A stretch of DNA of 64,000 nt from Schmidtea polychroa (GCA_044892525.1 CM097885.1:4838001-4902000); one strand, 5' to 3'; shown: positions 46,942 to 62,078, counted from the stretch's first letter. Made by a program: numbers and translations. The notes: a model not told the origin generated them from the letters alone.

Positions 46942-49790
46942 CTCTGGAAATTTTTTTTTAATTATAGCTTAATTAAATTTCAATTATTTAATTAATTAAT
47001 TTGTATCTTGAAATAATTTCATCTAAGGACCCTTATAGATTTAAAATTATTATATTCATTTTTCTCTTTTTATTTTCTACCTGCTTATATTTTGTCTAAG
47101 TTATTAACGTTTATAGAGAAACAGGATTTAAGGAGAGAAATAAAGGCGCTATAACGAATACCTCATTCGCCCGAGTGCAAAGTGAAAAGAGCGTATTGAA
47201 TAGGGAAATGAAATAAAGCGTAAATGACTACTATTCATAAGTGAAATTGTTCAAAATGTTCATTTAGGAAGTGCAGTGAGGTTGGTCCGCTGAATTCTTG
47301 AAAGAGTACATTGGAAATGGTTATGGACAGTGATAAGTTGCACATTCTGATTGTCAGAAATGGTTAATATAAAATTACGTGCTTAGAAATTCAGAAACGG
47401 TCATTCACCAAAACAAACGCGCACGAAATCTGCCAACGCAGACAATTATTTCACAAAATTATTGATTATTCTAGGTCACAGATAAAATTTATGCTTTATT
47501 AATCTTAGCACAATCGCACATGAAGCTAAAAACGGCTATTGGATATTGAACGACTTCAATGAAGTTTTAACAAGGCTAACAGACGATGACAATGCTCGTG
47601 TAAGGACAGACCATAAAGATGCAAATTGATATATACCAAATCACTGTACTAATTACTAAGGAAGGAATTACTAGGATAAAAATGTGATTTTACATGTAGT
47701 TTTGCTTAAGTGGAAAGGTCTTTCGATTATCATCTTATATTATGTCATTTAGGATGACTGTGGTAAGGTGATTTCTTCGTTAATATTGATAGTCAGGGTA
47801 TGCATAATTATAAATATGCTTTCATACTTAATATCCATAAATCAAAAACAATGGAAGAATAGTATCAGTTAAGAGTTATTCTCCAATGAAGGCTATACCG
47901 AGCCCCTGAGACATTTTATTAACTTACAAATATGATATTAAGAATAGAAAAAAGGTTTTGTATTGAATCAAAACAGCAACGTTAAAATTATCCCTTTATA
48001 AATGTTTATTTATTAAAACAAAAGTTAAATATTTCGACACGGATTTAAGGGAGAAGGAGAGAAAATACATACTAAAGCTACTTTTTAGGATTCTGCAATT
48101 ATCATTGAAGATTCCTTGAGAATTAATCACAGAACATTTGATAAAAAAAGGCCAATGCCTAAAAGCGAAGATAAATATGCTTGAAAGGAAGAAAGAAAAG
48201 CTGCTATCTGTGGATTGAAAAGATTACTATAATCATCATCAGTGAAACGGGTAATACATTCAATATACCAATTCATCATATTACAGCATGGGGACAATAT
48301 TATTACCCTAAGTAATGCCTTCAAAATAAATATATAATGGAAGAGTCCGAGCTCCTTTACAGAAAATTAATTCAGAAGAACAATTTCTAACTATTGCAAT
48401 TGACATCTCAGGTCAGTTTACGGGGACTTCACAAATATATTAATGTATATATTAGGAATTATAGACAATTACTCTACGAGTTTGATTCCAATGGGAAATA
48501 TGGAAGGAAAATCACAGATTCAGTAAATTTCAAAATTTTGAATAGCAGAAAGCCTTTAATTTGGATATTTAATATTAAAAATATTCACATTCTTATATTA
48601 TTTAGAAAGGGACGAATTGATTGAAAGATTATTTAATGCCGTAAAATTTATGTTATATAAGAAAAAAGGCCAAATTAGAAGTAGGTGATACAGATAGTTG
48701 AATTCTGGTAACAAAGAATAAAGAAGAAATCTAAAGTATTCTCGTACTTGAAAAGAATAAGGCTTACATTAACGGATATAGAACAAATTCTTTTGAAAAT
48801 AATTAGTTATTATGATTATGAAGCATAATTACAAGAGCATTTAGTCAATGTTCATCAGAAAGAAACTGAAAATATAGAGGTAGGTTGTAAATAAATATAA
48901 GAAATAATAAATATTTATTTATTCAAATTCAAAATATGATTGTTTTCATATTATTTAAACAAACTGCTTTTAACTAATAATCTAACTTATTAATGGTAAT
49001 GTTGATAATAAATATTCATAAGCTTAGTTATATAATAATTTAATTTACTCTCCAAACACAGAAAAATCAAGAAAATTCGGACGGAATTTATACTAATAGT
49101 TGGAATAAAGAACTCAAATTTGGTGATTAAAAACGAGTCATGGATTTAAAAATAAATATATTGGACAAATTAATATACAAAACAAAGAAATTGACAAATA
49201 AATAAATTTTATTGACGTCAGAGAATAAAAAAAGGTTCGAAAGAAAAGTGAAAAACACCTTTATATGGTAGAGAATGACAAGCAAAAAACTTGACATCAA
49301 CTGGATGATATCCTATCAGAACAATGAGAATAATTCGATATTACAACAATGACTTCAATACTTATTGGAACCCTTCGAGAGAAATAGCATGTTTACAAAA
49401 CAACTTGGAATTCACAACCACTTGACTACAGTTTTTGATGTCGATGATCGATATATTTGATCTAGTTGCTTTCTTAGCATTAACTTGAATTTAATCGATT
49501 TTTAATTCTTTTTTCTCGTCTGTCCTTTTCCTTTAAAATTGTGTTTCCATTTATAGATTTTAATCTAATGACACCTAATGAAATCGACTTAAATTTAGAT
49601 TCCTTCCTCCAGTACATCCCCTTTGGTCATCTTCAGATTTTCTATTATCCCTGACAGCTGTCAAGATATATAATTTTTAAGCGTGTGTAAATTTCACTGT
49701 TTATTCATTGGGAGGAGTTTTGTGACAGACAGACAAGGACATATTTTCAGTTTAATAGAATAGATTACTTAAAATAAATGTACTTTATAC

Positions 49791-50057
49791 CAGTGGTTCT
49801 TAACCGAAGGTGCGAGAGACGCCTCTAACAATATAAATTATTTTAGCGATATTTGAAAAACTACTTGAATTAGCTTTTAATAAAAATAATATTGTTTTGT
49901 ATTGGATATATAAAATATACATGTTTTTTAAGAACACTATATATCGCAAAAAATGTATTTTTCTAAATAAAAAAATCAAGACATTTTTCAAAGGGGTGTT
50001 GAGAGCTATTTTCTGATTCGAAGGGGTGCGACTCACTTATAAGGTTAAGAATCACTG
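49791..50057. mobile_element. hAT (Charlie-like) MITE
   Basis: TIRs CAGTGGTTCTTAACC / GGTTAAGAATCACTG and imperfect 8-bp TSD CTTTATAC / CTCTATAG. Confidence 0.8.
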
Positions 50058-50699
50058 CTCTATAGCAAAAACTATTCAATCACCAATATGAGATTAATTC
50101 GCTTATTAGCAAGGTTATGTTGCCCTGTGAGCAACCAAAATCTATAGGAATGCAGATCCCTGCTGTTTCTGCCCTCCATTTTTACTCAACCCCTTACACA
50201 CAATAAATGTTATGAAACCGCATACACACAATCACTATTGTTTTATTAGATGATATCAACATGGCACCATTAGAACCATTGACTAGGCTGATTTGATACT
50301 CCATAATTGTAACATTATGTGTGTGGCTAAGTGCATTCAAGCGATTGGCCCTAGCTTCTTAGTGTAACATTGATTTTGAAACTCCTAGAAAGTAAAGCAA
50401 GTGGTAGACAAAATTGGCGTGAATGAGTAGAGAATCTCAAAGCTGAATAGGCAGCATGGAGAAATATTTTATATTTCTGATACATTTATAATGAAATATT
50501 TTTATTTTAAAGTCTATTGATAATCTATTATAGTACTTGCTTTTTATCTGACCACCAAAAGTCTTCACATTTTATTGTTTTATTTTTTTGTATCAACTGT
50601 TGGCAACACCGCGAAAAAGCGCATGATACGTCATATTACAGAAACCATCTTGTTTAATGTTTTGTGGTTTTTTTTTAATTTTAAATTTAAACGTTAAAA

Positions 50700-51092
50700 A
50701 TAATGAACTTAATTTAGTTATCAGCAGTCATACATGACAAATCTAGTAGCGTTCGCCTTCTACAGCAGCGTGGTATTTTACACAATTCACCCATATGTAC
50801 CAACAACCATGATATGGTACTGTCGTTGATGGATATTCACGATCGCTGGTGGTGCAGAGACCATTTATTTACAACGAGACACGCTTAGATTGAAGTTATG
50901 TTTCAAACAAGTCATCCTATTTATCTACTGTTGTAACAAGGAGCTGACTAGCATCAAGTTCTCTGAAAATGAGATGGATATTTCGAAATCTACTGTGATC
51001 GATTGGAACATGTATATGTGTGATGTATGTGAAGCAGTCTAATAGGTAAACTTGTAATTATTGGAGGGGGCCTAACACGATAATTGAAATAT
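50700..51092 (+). mobile_element. Merlin (IS1016/ISXO2-like) transposase relic
   Basis: VILFIYCCNKELTSIKFSENEMDISKSTVIDWNMYMCDVC followed by frameshifted IIGG/PNTIIEI. Confidence 0.65.
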
Positions 51093-53098
51093 TTGGGTGG
51101 TCGGATAAAAAACAACTATCTTTAATATTAATAGCATAATTCGTGGGGCTTGAAAACCGAAACAAATATGATGAACACAAATGAGTACGGGGAAAATTAT
51201 TGTAAATCAATTATTTGATCCTTTGAAAATGCAAACTCCACAGGGTAAATTGCCGCGCCATGCTGTAACTTTTGGGGCCCTATGTAGACACTAAAATCTT
51301 GATTTTAATAAAAAAAATAATACAAAGAAATTATAAAGCAATTTTTCTAGCTCTTTTGCTGGCAAATCCATCAATTATATCATTGTAATCAATTGTTCTG
51401 GCTGTTACATTTTCAATCGCCAGTACTGCTAATACATAAAGCCTTTCCTGTGACATTGTAAACCGTAGATAATTTTCAATTAATTTTAGTCTTGAAAACG
51501 ATCGCTTTTGAATTTTCTTCTTTGGTTTTGTCTTTCAATTCGTGATAGTTTTGCTATTGGAGATTTTCTAATGTATTTAATATATGGGGGGGGGATCCTG
51601 AAAAATAGGGGACCCCAGTGGGATTGAACGTGTGATAGTGCGGCACTGGTAAATTGATCTAATAACATGCTTTTCTAACATTTCCCCATTTGCAAATTCT
51701 ACTACATTTTATAAGTTATAATTGATAAAAATTATATTAATAAAAAATTTTATTAAGTTATTTAAAAATTAAAAAATAATTTAAAAAATAAATATTTATT
51801 TCTTTTTTGGTATATATTATTGTAAAATTAGAAAATTACATTAAGTTTTTGAAGAACAGGGTGACTGGTTTCCTTATTATAGGAGATCGATAATACCCAC
51901 CCCACCTCACCACGTCCGTCTTCCCCTCCCCTTTCCTGCATTAGTCTAATTCCCCTAAATGTATAAAAAATTGACCAATAACTTTATAAAATAGCCTTAA
52001 TAAAATTTCAAAATTAGCATTGAGTAGTTGAGAATGTAAGTGAAAATATACTAATATTATTATTAGTATCATTAATACCGAGGCCCAGCAAATACTATTA
52101 ATTAATTTATATCTATCACATCTGGCATTGAAACATATTAATGAAATCTCAATCTGACATTCCTTATCGTAAATTTGTTACATTAAATAGCTATTATAAT
52201 TAAATTAGATTGAGTCTGAGATGTTAAATTGAGTTTCAAATAATAAATAATCAAAGCATAAGAAAAATAATTACATGTTTTCATTTTCTTCAATAATTAA
52301 AGATTCGTCTTGAATATTTCCGGTGGACATTGTACAATATTACAATAAGTAGATTACAATTGTATACATTAGAAATGCAAATTTACTTCACACACAAATC
52401 TAGGTCAACTGTAAAATTAAAAGTATATTGGCATTTTATATAGTTGTTTAATTCTATTACGGTTTAATTTTTTGTAAAGATTTGCAATTAATATTTTGAA
52501 ATTAAAAGTAGTTGTTTCAACACGTTAATAAAAGAGAAATAAAAAATTATTTTTTCAAATTAAAACTTCTAAAAGTCAATAAGAACTATTTGAAAATATT
52601 AAAAAGATGTTAATTATTTTGTTTTAATATTCAGTTTAATATTATATGATTTGTGCAAGCACAATTTAACCCACTTTAACGTGAAATATTTTTCGATATA
52701 ATTCTGAAAGGTAATTTTTATAATGTATTATTGCAAAAAGATAGATTGACCTAAAATATACTAAAAAATAACTTATACTTTCAATAGATTAAGTAAATAT
52801 TGACCCCAACATTTAAAATGCATATGACAACTTTTCATATATCAAATTCTATTATTATTATTATTTTTCTATTAAGAACATTTATGATCTTATAAACTGA
52901 TAATTTAAGTAATAGTAGAAACAATATATGAGGAAATGAATTTAGTTATTCTGAACCCAATTATTTTTTTTCATTTGCTTAATATTTAAAAAGTTAAATA
53001 AATTTATTTCATTTAGTCATATTAAACTTGTTTATATTGATGAAACTTTGTTTATAATTTTAGTGATTTTTCAAAGCTTATGTAAACATTTTAAAGTA

Positions 53099-55367
53099 AT
53101 GTCGCTATCAGGATTGAAAAAACAATTTAATAAAGCCAATCAAGTATAAATAATAGGATTGTTATTATATATGTAAATTAAAACATTTCTTTTAATATTA
53201 GCATTAGTTTTTAATTTTAATTTTCATGTGATATTACGCAATTAATTTCATATTTGATTTAATATTACAAACAGACGTTGTTTCACTTTATTATTAATTT
53301 TAATTTTTAAGTTGATTAGTGAAAAAATTGGTGGCGCCAAAGGCACTGAATTAGATTCAGAATTTTTGGAATATGAAAAGGTTTCCAAAATATTTTTGAA
53401 GAAAATAATTTATGAATATTATTTCGATATAGAAAATTGATATCCTAGGGAAACTAATTGAAGAAATGATTGCAAGAACTCACGAATTTATGCAGCCCAA
53501 TCCTGCTACGCGAGCCAGATTAATGACTATGAATACTTTACATAAGTTCAGTGGAAAAGGCAAAAGTTCTTTATATCCTCAACCAGAAGGACTTTTAGGG
53601 GAGTGCATGATGAAATATGGCAAAGATCTCGGGGATGATTCTCAATTTGGTAATGATTTTATTAATAATTAATTAATCGTTTTATATTTAAAATTACTTT
53701 TAATTTTATTGAATAATTTTTATTTATTGATTTACATATTATTTAATGATTTAATAATTTTTTTATTGATTTATTAATAATTTCTAGGCAATTAGAAACA
53801 TTCTAAATGAAGATAAAAATGAAATATTAAAAAATAATTTTAATATTATTATTTATTTATTAATAATTATTTTTAATATAATTTTAAATTAAAGATATAA
53901 TTAATAAAATCAATAATGAATTATTAAAAATTGATGCGGAAATTTGATGTTAAATTGGAAAATATTAAATTTAAATAAAGATAAAAAATTTTATGAAACT
54001 GAAAAAATTAAATAATTATTTATAAATAATTTATTATTTTTAAATTATTATACATTCTTTGTTTATTTAGAAATATATATTATTTTTGTATTTTGTTTTA
54101 TTATTTATAATATTTATTTAATAATTATTATTTATTTATGTTAATTTTATTATTAATATTTTATTTTCTTATTTTTAAAATAATTATCATTAATTTATAA
54201 GGAAGTTTCAATTTTAATTATCAAATTGAAAAATTTGAGCTATTTTTTAATGATTTTATTAATAATTAATTAATCGTTTAATATTCAAAATTATTTTTTT
54301 TATTTTATTGAATAATTTTTATTTATTGATTTACATATTATTTAATGTATTTTAATATTTTTATTGATTTATTAATAATTTCTAGGCAAATAAAAATATT
54401 CTAAATAAAGATAAAAAATTTTAAAAAAACTGAAAAAATTAAAATAATTTAATGAAATAATTTTCAATAAAATTTCAATTAATGATTAATTATTAATATA
54501 AATCAAGTTTCAATTTTAATTAATGAATTGAAAAATGTGAGCTATTTTTTATTGATTTTATTAATAATTAATTAATCGTTTAATATTCAAAATTATTTTT
54601 TTATTTTATTGAATAATTTTTATTTATTGACTTACATATTACTTAATTAATAAAATCAATAATGAATTATTAAAAATTGATGCCGAAAATTCGTGTTAAA
54701 TTGGAAAATATTAAATTTAAATGAAGATAAAAATTTTTTAAAAAACTGAAAAAATTTAAGTAAATTATTATTTTAAAATTTAATATTTTTTTGTTCATTT
54801 TATTATTTTTAGATTAATTATTATTAATTTACAATTAATTATTAATATAATTCAAGTTTCAATTTTAATTAATGAATTGAAATTTTTGAGCTATTTTTTA
54901 ATGATTTTATTAATAATTAATTAATCGTTTAATATTCAAAATTATTTTTTTATATTATTGAATAATTTTTATTTATTGATTTACATATTATTTAATGTAT
55001 TTTAATATTTTTATTGATTTATTAATAATTTCTAGGCAATTAGAAACATTTTAATGAAGATAAAAAGGAAATATTAAAAAAATAATTATAATAATATTTA
55101 TTATTTTAAATAACTTTTTTTAATTTCTATTGATTAAAATTTTGAGTTTATTTATTTATTAATATAATTTTAAATTAAAGATATAATTAATAAAATCAAT
55201 AATGAATTATTAAAAATTGATGCCGAAAATTCGTGTTAAATTGGAAAATATTAAATTTAAATAAAGATAAATATTTTTTAAAAAGCTGAAAAAATTTAAA
55301 TAAATAATTATTTTAAAATTTAATATATTTTTTTGTTAATTTTGTTATTTTTAGATTAATTTTAGAT

Positions 55368-55398
<31 letters not shown>

Positions 55399-57759
55399 TA
55401 AATATTTAATATATAGAGGGCCTCGCTAAAAATAATCCAGTCAGGATCCGGGCCTGCCATTTGCTTTGAGCTTATTTGGCTCATATATATTTATATATTT
55501 ACTTTTTCATTTTTTTAGTAAATCCCAAATAAACTAAAAAATAATTATTAATCTATAAATATTATAAGATCTTTTTTTCAAAATTCACCAATGATTTATT
55601 TTTTATTGACATTGTATTTATTAAAAAGCTTGACTATGAATTACTGATTTAAATAACTGATTTAATAAATACAATTTATAAATAATTATTCGACCTTAAA
55701 ATTGATCTATAATTAATCATTATTTAATTCTTTTTCCAATTTCACCACTGATTTCTTTTCCATTGTATTTATTAAAAAGCTTAAAGACTGAATCAGTAAA
55801 TATATCGATTTTCATAGTCAAGCTTTTTAATAAATATTTAATTCTTTATCTAGGAATAAATTCTATTATTTTAACCTGACAATGTTATTATTTGTCTTTA
55901 TGAATTTATAATTCAAATAAAGCTTGAGATACAATTGAGAAACAATTTATAATCCGTATAATGTAACAATTAAGCTTCTCGGAACTAATATTACTTTTTG
56001 GAAGTTTAAATTTGGAATGTTTTATAAATGGTTTAAAAATTGACCCAGGAATGAATGAAAGAGCTATTTTGAAAAGTCAACAAAGGGACAGGATGTTGGT
56101 AATAATATTACTAGGGGTAAATCAAATTCTAAGAGCAAGGCAGGGTTTGAAGTGACTAGCAAAAATGAATAAACTAATTGAAACAGAGTCACTGTTCCAT
56201 CTAAAATGTAATCGAATTTTGAGGGAATCAAAGAGCATGGAGAAATGATCCCTGAAGCGTATTAAATAGTTGTTTGATGGCCTGTCTTGCAAGCAATCTG
56301 CATTCCTCTCTTAAATACATAATTTTTGATAGGATTTATTTTCTATGAATGAATTGTAATATTAATTGCAAATAAAATTCTATGATTTGTTGTTCAAATA
56401 TCTAATTGCTACTCCTATCATATGAATGTGATGATTAATTATAAGGCAAATCCCAGACAATTACGAAGGCGTACCATAACATCTAGTTTAAGGGAAAATG
56501 AAAAGTTTGGAAGTATTTAGAAAGAGGTGCGAAAAGGGAATATTTATTGATGGACCATTTGACATTTTGCAAAGTTCTGGCAATCGGTTGCTACAGTAAT
56601 ATCAGTTATTATTGGGTGTATATGAAACGCTTCAACTGTAGATATTTGCAATATATACATTGCGAGTTCATAGAAATAATTACTAAATTTTCACCCATAT
56701 AATCCATATTTCTCATAGTAATTTGTCAAATGTTCTCATGAAATGGTGTCAAGGTTTTATTTGCTATTTGGCTGTGACTTGCCTTGTATAAGATAATAAC
56801 CTGTGTATCATTTCTTTATAGTCGGGGAGATTTAGTAAATTCATTGATCACATAAACTGGAGGGGAAGGCATTGTTTTATCTTATGATAATGGAAACGCG
56901 TAATAGCACAACTGATTAAGGGGGGGAGTAATCTAATGCCGACTGGCTGAATGCAAGTATTATCACCGCAATCTATTGTGCCCCCCCTTCACCACAAGCC
57001 TTCTTGTTACAAATGTAGCAATTATCCACAGTAAACTATTACATTTGCCTAAACAAAAGCAAACAAATGTTTAACTGAATTTATCAACAACTGAATGAAA
57101 GAACATTTACCCGAAATATATGCAGTTTTGCTGCTGTATTGTAGGTGTTATTGTTGGGTTGGCATCGTAGTTTTCATGGTGATGTTGGGGGCGTCCGTTG
57201 GCTCTGTAGCAGAACGAATCCGATTGGTCAGTAATGAAATCAACAATCGTGTATGCACTTAGTCAAATCTCACTAAGAATTCCAGTCAGCCTGATGGGGC
57301 TATCATTCATCATTTCTTGTAAATAACTATCACCATTGGTTACCAATATGTTCGCCATTGACCTACATGTTTTGAGGGAATATTTCTCTAGTTATCACTC
57401 ATTGGAAATTGTTTCAATGATTTCATTAATATTTGACACTAGAATTGCAGCTCTGTCAGCCCATTAGCCATGGAGACTATCCAAATGTCCCTAATGGCCA
57501 AGCAATTGAATTGTGAAATTTATGAATTTTTCTTTTTCCGTCGTTTTAGTTGTGACTTTGACAATGGCGCATTCTTATTATTTGCTTTACTTTATTACAT
57601 GCAATAGCATTACGCTACAATAATTTCTGGAAATGGAGTACTTTAATTTCATGTACTCAAAATTATAATTATTTTCATGATAATAATTATATGAAAATAA
57701 AAATAAAAGAATACCCATCAACTGTTTATCATTTACAGAGTCATCACGTGAATAATACA

Positions 57760-57839
<80 letters not shown>

Positions 57840-58683
57840 TAAATTGGTGTAAAATAAAGTCCGAAGCATGATTTAAGGAAATTCAAAAAAATAATGATTG
57901 AAGTCCAAAATTTATTTAAAAAATTAAGAAATTTCAAAAGAAGTGAACACGAGAGGATGGCAAATGATAAGAAACACAAATATAGTAATATAAAATTCAG
58001 ACAGTTATTAAAAAATACAAACAGATTAATTAAATATAAAAAAAATTATTAAAATTACTAAAAACTTCAAACTTAACAGGTGAAATGTCTATCTTATCTT
58101 TTATGGAAGAGAGAAACAAATGTATAAACGTTGTTTTGAAACGAAAATTGTTTTAAAGGTGAATATAAGGTTTTAAAATCCAGTCAGATTCGTTAAAGTA
58201 TTATACTCAATGCTCCAATAGGGTTACCTTAGGTAACTTACCTACCCTTAGGTCAATTACATTCAATTATGATTATTGACTGGATTCGAAAGATTGTAAA
58301 CTGGTTAAGTATGTGGAATCAAACTAGCAATTCAGTCCCACCGAACTATATAATATAGCTCAACAATAATAATATACACCATTTCAACTCAAACTGCTAT
58401 AAATCATTATGGAATTGAGACAGGAAACCCAGTGTAATGAGTACATTCTCTTCTTTTGTTTCCCTTTCCAGAAGGCATTGTTTGGAGGAATTCATGTTTT
58501 ATTTCGATTGGTACATTCGATTGTGATGTTGATGTTGAATTTTATACAGGTGAAGCCCTCATTGAGACAGGAGATGTGTTTCGACAAATGGCCGAAATCA
58601 AATATCAGTTGGAGGACAATATCAAACAGAATTTCCTCGAACCTTTCAGCAATTTACAAATTCGGGAATTAAGAGAAATTAAT
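53099..58683 (+). CDS. EndoA: Endophilin-A, first four coding exons (N-BAR); remainder not found in the window
   Basis: Exons 53099-53143 (MSLSGLKKQFNKANQ), 53312-53380 (LISEKIGGAKGTELD), 53433-53649 (QPNPATRA...YPQPEGLLG) and 58550-58683 (EDNIKQNFLEP), GT-AG and in frame. Confidence 0.93.
53651..55360. repeat. Complex AT-rich tandem repeat in endophilin intron 3
   Basis: TGATTTTATTAATAATTAATTAATCGTTT recurs near 53654, 54251, 54553 and 54902, interleaved with AAATTGATGC(C/G)GAAA blocks. Confidence 0.8.
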
Positions 58684-58943
58684 GTAAGTTCATTAATTTT
58701 CTGTTTTTCTGCTTTTGGGACCAGGAGATGTCCTCATATATATTCTAACCTCATATGGGGTGGGTTAGTTTCATATGGATAAATGGGCTATGAGCGATTG
58801 CAACTGGCAAAGTTATTAACGATGACAAACAATTATTACTAAATTACAATTAATACTTATAATGAAGTTGAAATAATATTTTATCAATGAAAGAGACAAA
58901 AAAATTTATCGAAATATTTTTATCGAAATTTATCGAAATATAT

Positions 58944-60563
58944 TTATATCATACAGCCGTCCTCAACAACGCTGACAGTTCTGTTCTGGATGTACCACAA
59001 ATCCTTGCAAACATTTGACATCATCCTTCCATCGTGAGTAACAACAATAACTCCTCCTTTGAATTTCCTCAAAGCATCTTCTAAAGCTTCAGTTCCATCT
59101 TTATCCAAATGGCTTGTCGGTTCATCGAAAATCAAAAAGTTAGGCTTCTGCATGTAAATAGTGGAGAAAGCTACTCTTGACTTTTGTCCCGATGATAAAC
59201 ATCTGACGGGAATGTTCCAATCTTCACTTGTGATTCCGAATTTCAACAAATGACTTTGATAAGTTTCGAGTTTGCAGTTGGGAACTCGGATCTGCATAAT
59301 TTCAATTGCTGATTTATCCAGTTCCAAATGGTCGACGTAATGCTGGCTGAAGTAGCCGACATTTGTTCGATCATTTAAGAACATGTTTCCATTGGTGGGT
59401 TTGAGGATTTTCATGAAGATCTTCAATAGAGTAGTTTTACCGCAACCGTTGTCTCCGAGGATGCAGATTTTAGAATCGGGTTGAACGCGTAATGTGATGT
59501 TTCTAAATATTTCTTTAGCGGGACCAAAACTGAATCCCATTTCATTCGTTTCAATTGTAGCGCACTTGATTTTCAAGCAAGCGGGAAATCTCCAGATTTC
59601 TCTCGGTTCTAGAATACTCTCATCAATGACGGGCATCTTTTTTATTTGTTGTCTTTTAGCAGCGACTTCTTTCTTTTTTGTCTTTTCGAACTTTTTTATG
59701 TATTCCATCAATTCAGCTTTCTGTGCCTTTTGTTCTTGGATTTGATTTCTAACTTTATCTCTGTCGAGTTCTTGATTCCTCAACCATTCGTAGTATTTGC
59801 AAGCATAATGTACGACAGTTTTATTTTCAATCGATAACAAATCCGTTGCAACGTTAGATAAAAAGCCTCCGTCATGAGAAATGAAAAATAAATTCGTCTT
59901 CCATTCTTTCAAAAACCCTGACAACCATTTGATAGTTCTATCGTCCAACATGTTAGTTGGTTCATCTAAAAGTAAAAGATCTGGTTCAGCCATCAGAACA
60001 GTTGCCAAACTAATCTTCATTCTCCAACCACCAGATAAATTACCAACGTGGTCATTCATCTTTTCAGCAGTAAATCCCATTCCATCTAATATTTTCACGA
60101 GTTTTGGTACTTCAACATCTTTGTTCTTCTTGTTGACAGCTCTGCTTTTCACGTCAGCAAATCTCACCATGAAATCTTCAACTTCATCTTTACCAACAAA
60201 GCATTCGACAACTTTAGTTCCATCAGCAAGACATTCTTCTTCGACAATTCCGATTGTGTAATCCTTTGGAAAGTCGAATAAGCCCATTTGAATGGCTTTG
60301 AATAGGATAGATTTACCGGATCCATTGCTACCAATAAGACCATATCTTTTCCCATGTTCAATTGTGATAGTTGAATCTTTGAGCAAAACCTTTTCAAGGA
60401 TCGTCATGTTCAAATTTTCAAGTGCAAATGATTTCATTGGTGCGCTTTGATCTTCGGTTTTGTTGACAAAATTATGGGACAATTTGATGCAACTGATCAA
60501 TTGTTGATCTTGTTCTTCTTCCAATGTTTTCCTTTCGGATTTTGTAAGAAATTTCGGAGGCAT
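58944..60563 (-). CDS. ABCF: ABC-F family ATPase, copy 4 (539 aa), antisense after endophilin exon 4
   Basis: Full ORF; protein matches copy 1 over the overlap (KRQQ variant). Confidence 0.93.
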   Translation of the reverse strand: MPPKFLTKSERKTLEEEQDQQLISCIKLSHNFVNKTEDQSAPMKSFALENLNMTILEKVLLKDSTITIEHGKRYGLIGSNGSGKSILFKAIQMGLFDFPKDYTIGIVEEECLADGTKVVECFVGKDEVEDFMVRFADVKSRAVNKKNKDVEVPKLVKILDGMGFTAEKMNDHVGNLSGGWRMKISLATVLMAEPDLLLLDEPTNMLDDRTIKWLSGFLKEWKTNLFFISHDGGFLSNVATDLLSIENKTVVHYACKYYEWLRNQELDRDKVRNQIQEQKAQKAELMEYIKKFEKTKKKEVAAKRQQIKKMPVIDESILEPREIWRFPACLKIKCATIETNEMGFSFGPAKEIFRNITLRVQPDSKICILGDNGCGKTTLLKIFMKILKPTNGNMFLNDRTNVGYFSQHYVDHLELDKSAIEIMQIRVPNCKLETYQSHLLKFGITSEDWNIPVRCLSSGQKSRVAFSTIYMQKPNFLIFDEPTSHLDKDGTEALEDALRKFKGGVIVVTHDGRMMSNVCKDLWYIQNRTVSVVEDGCMI

Positions 60564-62041
60564 TGTTGAGAGGATGTCAAATGTTAAATATGAAATAACA
60601 ATTAAATATATTCAAACAAATATTTTTTAATTTTAATTTATTTAAAATTTTAATCTTGATTTTGTTTTTTTGAATGAAATTTTGATAAATTTTAAATTTT
60701 AAAGTTAAATTTTAGTTTGTTATATAATTTTTATTTTTTATAATAATATTCGATCATAATAAGATTTCACAAATTCAATTTAAAATTTATTAAAAAGGCC
60801 TTGCAGACTATAAATCAAAATATCGATATATTTACTGATTCGTAGTCTTCAAGCTCTTTTTAATAAATACAATGGAAAAGAAGTCAGTGGTGAAATTGGA
60901 AAAAAAAGTCAATATAAAATATTATTAAAAAAATTTATTTTTTAATACTTTAAATAAATTTTTTTTAAATATTTTTCAACATCATTAATTTCTATTTAAC
61001 AATAAAAATAAAAATTAATTTTTCAATTAACAATTGTTTATATTTTCAATATTAATTTTGACGTGGTTCCCATTATTCTAGGTCTTGCAATCCTTAATAT
61101 CACGTCTTATTATATGATCCTTTAGCATTACCAACTGTGCATTTCTCATTAACCCTTTCACTCTAAGCATCATCATTGTTTGGAACTTTATTTTTTAAAT
61201 TTATTTTAATATTTAAAATTATTTTTAATTTGTTATATATATATATTTTATATGATTTCTATTCTTAATTAAAACATATAAAATGTTTAAAGAAACGATT
61301 TCACAATTCTATTTAAAATTTTTCTTTTAAAAAAATATATATATTTTTATTATTTCATTTTTAAAATAATTTACTCTAAATTTTGAAGAAATCAAGGTCA
61401 ATATTTTATATATAATTTTTGACTATGTTTCTTGATCGAGGTTCTGTAATTCCTAATCACTACTTATTCTATGATCTTATCATTAATATGTCTTACTAAT
61501 ATTAATGGAAACAGAATTGGTCTCAAAACATTTTTTGTTTCTCACTATATTGAAATTAAACTTTATCTGGGCTTACTGGATTTCTAAGGTTTTGGGGGTT
61601 TTTCGTGTGCATTAAAATTTTGTAATAAACTTTAATGTTAAATTACAAAATTTAAAATTCTACATATTTTTGAGTGTTTTTAAAATTAATTTGAACATAT
61701 CAAGTCAAAAAATCATGTACTAGAAAACGTATTGTACAATTGACAATGATTATGTAATCGTATGGATAGAGGATGGATTTGTCAATGTTTCTCAACCGCT
61801 CTATCTGTCCTGGAGATTATGAACATTACTTATCTAGTTGAATAATTAATATTTCTCAGCATAATAAAGTTTGTAAAGTGAAAATGGACAAGTAAAAATT
61901 TTAAATTTAATCAGAAAAAAAGAATCATTTTTGAAGCGATATAATAATATCACCAGGTCATCAAATAATCGTTTAAAATACTCAACAGAATTGTTTTAAT
62001 TTTTTAAATTAATTAGAAACCTTGTGGTAACAGTTATGACA

Positions 62042-62078
<37 letters not shown>

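Noticed and set aside
47200..48900. Possible decayed LINE reverse transcriptase (also about 56000-57500 and 62100-62700)
   Set aside because: Only faint motif hints such as QHGDNI; too degraded to support without a profile search.
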